A stretch of DNA of 60,526 nt, filler included, from Moniliella sp. 'wahieum' (taxonomy: Eukaryota), in NCBI GenBank assembly GCA_003971905.1. It is 3 parts of 3 records of this genome, joined end to end, with 100 filler letters (N's around TTAATTAATTAA, not from the genome) between each part and the next. Parts side by side here need not be neighbours in the genome. Positions count along the whole stretch, not along the records: positions 42,234 to 60,526 come from RSEE01000197.1; 2 more parts are not named here. One strand, 5' to 3'. A model generated the notes under the pieces. The model worked only from the letters and a program-made list of their open reading frames with translations, searched no databases and was not told the DNA's origin. How positions within the stretch are numbered: the stretch's first letter is position 1; every line of letters begins with the position of its first letter. Positions 53,260-60,526 of this stretch are shown in pieces. The position numbers were made by a program, and so were the translations under genes.

Positions 53260-56200
53260 CTAAGGAGAGCCGGTGCTCGTGTCAATTAGGTCGACCATCA
53301 GGTCAGAGGCCAAGGCGGCCCAATGAAGACGCTGTTGCTCGGGCGTAGGTTGTTCCGGGGCCAAAGGAATATGGGCTCCAACCGCGGCGGCGGCAGCGGC
53401 GGCAGAGGTGGCGTGAGACGAGCTGGCAAACGTACCACACGTCAACAGGCCAATAAACCCGCTCTCGACAAAGTAGGCCATCACCCCGCCTCGGCGCCCA
53501 GTCTCAGCAATCTGAGCGGCAAAGACTGGTTCGCGCAGCGCCACCGCCACAATCCGCTCCACTGCCGAAATGAGCTGCACATCTCGGCCGGCACTGAGAC
53601 ATGCTCAATCGCCCCCGTCAGGCGATCATAGACGATGGACACGATCGCGGGTTTGAGCTCGGTAAGGCGGGCGAGGAAAGTGTAAAGAATCAAAGCCTCT
53701 TTCTCCCCTTCGGCCGTCTCCACGAGGACAACGAGCAAAGCAACGACCAAAGCACCGTCTTGTTGTCCACATCCCCCACAACGGAGACAGGTCCGTCACG
53801 CGCATTTCACCCGACGCTCCCGTATGCATCACGCCTTCGCGGGCCAAGAGGGATGGTCCGACCGAGGCAAGTCCGGCGGCGGTCAAAAGCTTATTCAGAC
53901 CTCGTTCCGTTGTTGCCTCTGAAAGGAGGGCGATGAAGTAGGCTACGCTCGTTGCCTGCACATGGGTCCGGACGGGGCCGGACTGGGTCCCGGGCCGCGA
54001 ATCATGGGGGCCCTTCTTGGTCGCCAGCTTGGCCTCGTCTTCGGATGAGATGCGGAGAAGGGTATAGAGCAGCTCCCTCGTCTGCTCTGCCGCCTTGGGC
54101 TCGCGCAGGCCCTTGACCAGGAGTTGCCAGGGCAAAGCCAAAGTGCGCACCAAAGTCAATTCCGCACGCATCATCCAGACGACATGCTGCTTCGCCAAAC
54201 GGTTGTCGCTCGCGGAGCAAATAGGTATGGAGCGGCTGCGATTGCAGCGAGAAGGCCGGCATGCCCATCGAATCGGTGAGTGGCGGGGCATGACGAGCCT
54301 CATCCAGCACAGTAAGAATGGAAGCGAGAAGGTCGAGGGCAACACGGAAGATGGCCACTCGGCCCACTTGAAGCATGGCGATCGCGATCCAAAACAGCTG
54401 AGGGATGCTGGCCGAGGTGCGCGGCAGGTGATGGGCCAGGCGAGAAAGACACAAGAGCAAACTGATCAGCATCTCCTCCGTGCCATGATGCGCCCACTCA
54501 GCCAGGGCCCACGCAACGACACTTGCACTTGGTACACCAGGTCGTCGTCAATCTCGCCTTGCGATAGGCTGCCCAAGAGCACAAAGGCACGAGTTTGGAG
54601 GTAAGGGTTGAATTGGAACGCTGCAGCCGTGACCAAGCTGGTCAGCCGAGCCCGCCAAGCATTCGCCGTATCAACCGAGGGGGCAGCCATGTCGGGCAAG
54701 GCATACAGCCGCTCGGCCAGGACAGCCAACTGGGCTGGGCCCAACGGCTCGCTCGGGCACAAGTCGCCAGTCCCGTCCAATTCAAAGGCACGGGCGCCAT
54801 GACGGGGCAAGCCGAACAATTTTAAGGCTTCGTCCGAGCTGAAAAACTCCAGTTCTTGACGTAGCGCCTCGACTTGATTCGGGGCCGAGTTGATTGGCTT
54901 CTCCCCGCGCGCCACCCCATCGTCCGTACAGAGCGAGTGGAGCAGGTTCAAAACACAGCCTTGCACTGTTGCCCGCAACTTTTCCGGCCCTGTTCCTGCC
55001 AGGAGCAGGCAGACGTGCAACGTTTCAGGGAAGAACATCATCGCTTCCCATCGGCTGGTGAAGGAGAGAACCATCAGCATCCGCAGCAGCACCGCCACCC
55101 CAGATCCAGCAGGCGAGTCGATCGCGTTGGTGGTGCCGAGTGCGGTACCGACGTGGGTCACAGCCTGAGCAGAAAAGCATGTCAGAATCCCTGAGCCAAA
55201 AGGAGGGGTGGGGGGGGGGGGGGGGGGTGAAATGAAGCAAGTAAAGCAGGGAGGACATACGATACGGAGGCGTGCCAGCAGCTTGCCGCGAATGTTGGCC
55301 GAGGAGAAGGCAGAAAACGTGTCAATGATTCGTTCTGCAACGGCTGTGTGGACCCAAGGGTCACTGCTCGCTCCACTGCCACATCCAAAAAGATGGGAAG
55401 CAATTCGTCCATCTTGTTAACGTGCATCCAACCCAACGCTGCATCAGTACAAACAACTGGAAACGGGTACGTCAGTATAGGATCCAAGCAACGACACAAA
55501 AAGGCAAAGCAGCAACAGACACGTACCTCGTCCCTTTCCACCGCAAGCATCAAAAGGGAGGAAAAGAAGTGCTGAATGAGCTTGACGTGCGCCGCGCGAC
55601 GCGGGTTGGCACAGCGCAAAAGACTAGGCAGGTTGCTCAGCCAGGGGGCCAAGTACTGCAGCGCTGCCGCCTGCTGGCCCGAACCTGCCGCCTCGGGCGC
55701 CAAGGCCATACCTTGAGCAAAGGAAAACGTCACGGCCAGTGTCACCGCCGCCGGTGCCGAGGCGGCAAAGTCGCGGCTCAGCTCGACCGACAACGAGGCG
55801 GCGCGGGTGGGGAGGGCGAGGCGAGGAACAGAGAAGAGCTTTCCTTTGGCAATCTTCTCTCCTTCTTCCTCCTTGCCCCGCGACCGAGGAGCGACCAAGG
55901 CAGGGCAGGACGTGAGAGCAGATAGCAGCGAGTAGCTCCCCATCCGAAGAGGGTACGAGTCGGCAGTCAAATTCAGCAGTGCCGCATTCAAGGCCATTCC
56001 CGGTCCAACCAGCGGGAGCGACGTCAAGTCCATCGTCGGCACGGGACGGGGGGGCTGCACGCCTCCTCCCGCCATGCCAGCAGCCCGGACAGAGGCAACA
56101 ATGTCCACCACCGCCGCATAATCGCTCGAGTGCAGAAGCCAGGGCGCCATCGGGGCACGGAAGGTAAGCAGGAACGCAGTCTGGGTCGGGTCGCTGACAG

Positions 56201-59200
56201 CGGGGCCAACAGGACGAATGTCACCCAACTCCCCGAGCGGGATCACCTCGGCACAAACGCCCCTGGTCTGCGGCAACACCTCTTGCGGCTTGGTATCCTC
56301 AATGCAAAGGAAAGCGCCGCCGCGCGCAACGTAACGGGCACATGGGCGCCCGTCGGCCGTACCACCGTTGCCTTGGCCCGAGCGGTGGAGAGGGGCAAAG
56401 TGGCAGAGGAGCTGGCCTTGGGGGGGGGTAAAGCACAGTGCGCGTCGCCTCCCACAGCGCCAAGTGGCGGGGGAGATAAAGGCCTCGACTTCGGACAGGG
56501 TAGTGCAAGCATGCACAGACGCTTGGGCCAACAAGGCTTGGACGGGATCCAGCGAGCCGGGTGCAGGCGAAGCGTGGTGCCTTCCGCCGCCTTGGGAGGC
56601 CATGGAGCTGGTTTCGGATGGCCAGAGCAGCTGCGCCGCTTCCCGCAGCATGGGGTATGTTGACCACCAGCACCGTCCGCACCGCCGCACGCAGGGTCGG
56701 GGGCGCAATCAGGGCAAAGTAGAGCAAGGCCGAGTAGGGGAGGAAGTTGTGGGGGCCCGAGGCGGTGAGGTCGAGGACAAGGTCAAAGCCGAGGTCGTTG
56801 TTGTGCGCACCAAAGTTGCTAGGAGCGGGGTAGGTGCCTTGTCCCTCGGTCAGCGGGTCCAAGAGGGAGCACGCATGCGCCATCAGGCGGTCAGGTCCAC
56901 CTCGGCAGCCGGGACAAGAGCGGCAGTATAGTACACCACAGGCCGGCCGGCGCGCGAATCGGGCCCGACGCGCAAGATGGAACGCAAGAGCGTCTTGTCG
57001 GCCGCCGGCACTGGCATGCGCGACCGACGAAGCATCAGGTCCTGGTACGCCTCTTGCGCCAGCTCGGGCTGGGCAAAGAGAGGCACAAGCGCATCCTTGG
57101 CTGGGGGACCAGGTGCACCGGATCGTTGGAGGAGCGCAAGCAGCTGCGGATACAGCGCCCCGGTCTGCTCGGCCGTCGCCCGCTTCCCGCGCGAAAGCAA
57201 CTCCGACGCTCGTACGGCCAGCTCCGTGCCCAACTTTTCGCTGTTCTCCCACAGGTAGCGGTGCACCGCCGCTGGTCCAGCCAGGCGTCGGGGTCCGGGT
57301 ACCCGAGCGAAGCGAGAGCCAACGCCGATTCGCCGGCTCCCATCGCCCCGCTTGCCAAGCCATCGTCGAGTGCAGGGAGGGGTGCGTTGGCCACCTGGTC
57401 CAAAAAGTTGGTTACCCTCCAAACGTTGCGCTTGAGGAACGCATTGAGCACCGTCATGTGCAGTTCCTTGTGCCCGCCAAACAGGTTGTTCGAGGCCAGC
57501 GTCTGGAGATCTTGGACACGAGCAAAAGCGTCCGGCGCGTCCCGCCCTCGAGCGCGGGGTCGAGCGTAAGGTCAACCAACTGCGGCGCGACAATCATGGG
57601 AGAGATGAACCGGAGAAAGATGAAGCCACCGACGCCCTGGTGAACCGCATGCGGAAAGCGATCCAGCATCAAGGTACGAATCTGAGCCGCCAATGCACGC
57701 AAGTCGCTCGGGATCCTGGCCGCCGAAGTACAAATCGCATCGACAAAGGACTGGGCCAGCGTCTCGAGGCGGGTTTGCCGCGTGGCCAGCGCCCGCGCCG
57801 GCTCTTCCCCCAGCCCGGGAGGCAGGCGGGATGGGTCAATCTCACACGCATCGGCGCCCGCCGTCCGAGTGAGGTTCTCCACGTCAACCAGCAGTGGCCC
57901 GAGGAGAGAACGGAGGTAGGTGTAGCCGTGCATGCGAGCGTAGAGGGAGAGAATGCGCGTGCGGAAGCTGTTGGATCGCAGCACCATCTCCTCGGCCGTT
58001 GTCAGATCCACCTCTTCCCGCAGCGCTAGGCACAAGAACGGCACCGCCTTCCCACGCCCGGACAGCACCGAGAGCAACATGCGATCCACAGGCTCGGCCT
58101 CGGGCGCACGTGGCGCCTGGGCCACCGCAAGCGCCAATTGCATCCCCCCTCCCACGAGCAAATCCATCATTTGCGCCTGCACTGTCGTCAAAGAGCCTAG
58201 CCCATTCCCATCTCCCCCCGCTCCGGGGGTCCCAGCTTCCTCGGCGGGCGGCAGGGCAAAGCTGCCCCCTTGGCCCAGCACACCCGCCAAGACTTGCATT
58301 GCTGCCGCGCGATTCGGCACGTCTCGGTCGTACGTGAGAGGCACGAGGAGCGTCAGGGCAGCATCGGCATTGGCTGCGCCCACGCGAGCCAAGCAAGCAA
58401 TCGCCGCTTCGGCCAACGGCCGGTCCGCCCCGCTCACTCCGGTCCGCCAACGCGCCCGGGCCCGCACCGGCAACCGAGGCCGCATCGTGCAACGGCAAAC
58501 ACGCCCTCCGTGCCACGGGCAGCAGCGCCCGCAACAGTTGCGCGTACACCCTTGTCCTGCCTTGCCGCGCACTGTCGCCCAACCGGAGCGAGGCGTCGTC
58601 GGGCCGAAGGGTCAGACCATGAGCCAGCTCGGCCGCAGCGGGCAAAGCGGCCCGGCCAAGTCCCGGGCCAAACGGAGTGTGCTGCCCGACTGGTCCACGG
58701 GCTCGTCTGTGCTCCAAGCGACGAGGGCATGGAGCAAGTGGTTTTTCACCCGCGCCGCATGGGAGAGAAGGAGCAGGTCCGGATGGGCCAGCACAGTACG
58801 AGCCAAGCTGGCCAGGGAGGTGCGCACTCGCATCGCTCGGTCATCGGGAACCAGCGCCGTGGCGTACTCGGCACACAGGACCAGCAGCGGGCCCAAGTCA
58901 ACCAGAGGCGCATCGGGGGCCGGGGCAGTGGCCTCAGCGACAACCCGGGCGGCCAAAGCAAGCAGGACCGCAACGCTGTGCTCGACCAGCCGCGTGTTGG
59001 GTGGCACAACGTGGGGCAGACCATCGGTCGAGGCGGTAAAAACGAGCGCAATGGCAGTGTGGATGTGAGTGGCCAGCGGGGCAGACAGACGAGGAGACAG
59101 GTCGGTCGAAAGCGTTTCCTTGATCTTCTCGCGAACGAGCAAACTCTCGCTGCTCAACAGCTCCACCGCCGTGTGAAGGAAACTGTCAATCTGCGCCGAG

Positions 59201-60526
59201 TCGCCGCTCTGGAGACAGGCGCCGCCAAGCGAGGCAAGCAGCCCGCCTAGGTTGTGCCAGTACGTCACCTTGTCCTCCGTCGCGTCCGCCTCAGGCCGGG
59301 CCACCACGCGGGTCAGCCCCGTCCAGCGGCGATGGGCCTCGCTCCATGCCCGCTGTGTCGCTGCATCCGCCACGGGGATGGCGCGGAGGGCAGCGCGAAT
59401 GCGGCGCTGCTGTGCCACCCGCCCAACATAGACCGTGGAGGAAGCAAAAGTCGTCGTACAGGTGCGCCCAATGCCCACTTCGCTCCCATGCCGGCTCCTT
59501 GCCAAGGTCGGATTGAGAAGGGTGAGCAAGATGCTGAGTCAACGCTTCCCCAAGCGCCATTGCGTCCTGGCATACGTCCGGGTCAGGCTGGCTCAACGCC
59601 ATGAGCAATGCTGCATCCACCACCGATAATGTCCAGCCCGCCTCGGCGGCATGGAGGGCGACCAGAGCATGTTCTGTGCCCTGCATTGACGCGGGGGGCT
59701 CGGCACGGGCCAAGTGCGCCTCGGCCCGCACGCACATCCAAAGCAAGGAGAGTGCGGCCTTGGCCTCGGTGGGCGTTGGCGCCCGCAACAGCCGCTGGGC
59801 AAAGATGCCCCACGTACCCAGCCCGGCCAGCGCGCGTGCCATGGCCTCGGCGCCTCGCTGCGTTGCCCCGAACCAGCAGCCTTGGCGCTGTGCCACACAT
59901 CTTGCAGCAGAAAACGTCGCGGCGGGCAGGCGGAGCATGCTCCAGTTCCGCATCGTCAACGTGTACGCCACCGACCAGAACAGAGCCAGGGGGGTATCGA
60001 CCGAAGCGCATTCTTGCAGGAACGGCTCGGTAAAGACCACCTTGGATCCGCCTTGCAGCGTCGCAGACCCTTGGTTGCCTACCCCTGCCACAATTTGCGG
60101 CGGTGGCGGAAGGGGCGCCGCATCTTCGACCCAGAGCGTGCGACCAGAGCATCGCATCCTCGTTCCATACCAGCAACATCCTCAGCACTTCCAGCTTGGC
60201 TCCCGTCTCGTCCCGTGCCGCCGAGCCTGTCGTGCGGGGCGATTCGATGGAGGAAGATTGGCCGCGGCTAAAAGGTCGCTTGCCGGAGTTGGACACCGCG
60301 TCCCCGTCCACCGCTCGGGAGGGGAGGCGACGAGGCGGGCGCGAGTTGCCAGAGCCGGCAGGGTGCGTACGGGGAGCAGCGTGTGCTTGAACACGGCCCG
60401 GAGCGCCGGCGCCAACGGCAACAGAGCCCGAACCGGTCCCGCACTCGTACTCCCACCTCGCCCGATCGGCAAGAGGAGGGTGAGCAGAGCTTTGGCCACG
60501 GCCAACTTGGCGTAGATGGAGGTATG
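53260..60526 (-). CDS. Neurofibromin/Ira1-Ira2-like Ras GTPase-activating protein (5' part beyond the window)
   Basis: Arginine finger LRSNSFRTRIL, G.TYLRSLLGPL, VGGFIFLRFISPMIVAP, RRTLLLVSKI; Sec14-PH-like region; C-terminal AFQFNPYLQTRAFVLLG and LFWIAIAMLQ. Confidence 0.9.

Overview
Eukaryotic, GC-rich, intron-poor fungal genomic DNA. The 5.8S start (AACTTTTGGCAATGGATCTCTTGGTTCTCCCATCGATG) and the 18S end suggest Ustilaginomycotina (inference). The window is three contigs joined by 100-nt N/TTAATTAATTAA/N linkers (20668-20767, 42134-42233). Nearly every gene carries small indels, most likely uncorrected long-read error, so gene ends are approximate. Contig 1: NDUFB2-like, PIF1, Srk1/Rck2-type kinase, NDUFS6, ADE16/17, an intron-containing tRNA-Glu(CTC), a doubly truncated rDNA fragment (18S-ITS1-5.8S-ITS2-28S, minus strand), a degenerate telomere-like tract and a ~38-copy 40-bp palindromic satellite. 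Contig 2: RPS5, a CAMK-like kinase, a glomulin/Ybp2-like gene, ATG1, an atypical G-alpha, then a ~3.2-kb unit bounded by ~125-bp direct repeats encoding a truncated telomere-linked-helicase-like (DUF3505) ORF, ending in TTAGGG repeats. Contig 3: cytochrome b5/acyl-CoA dehydrogenase, eIF3d, TFIIB, cyclophilin B, RPT1, LSM1 and a neurofibromin/Ira-like RasGAP. Most notable: a cap motif shared by two contig ends, a 28S break at the R1-equivalent site sealed with a telomere-like repeat, compensatory substitutions in the 18S decoding helix, and a satellite whose two variants differ by inversion of a palindrome core.
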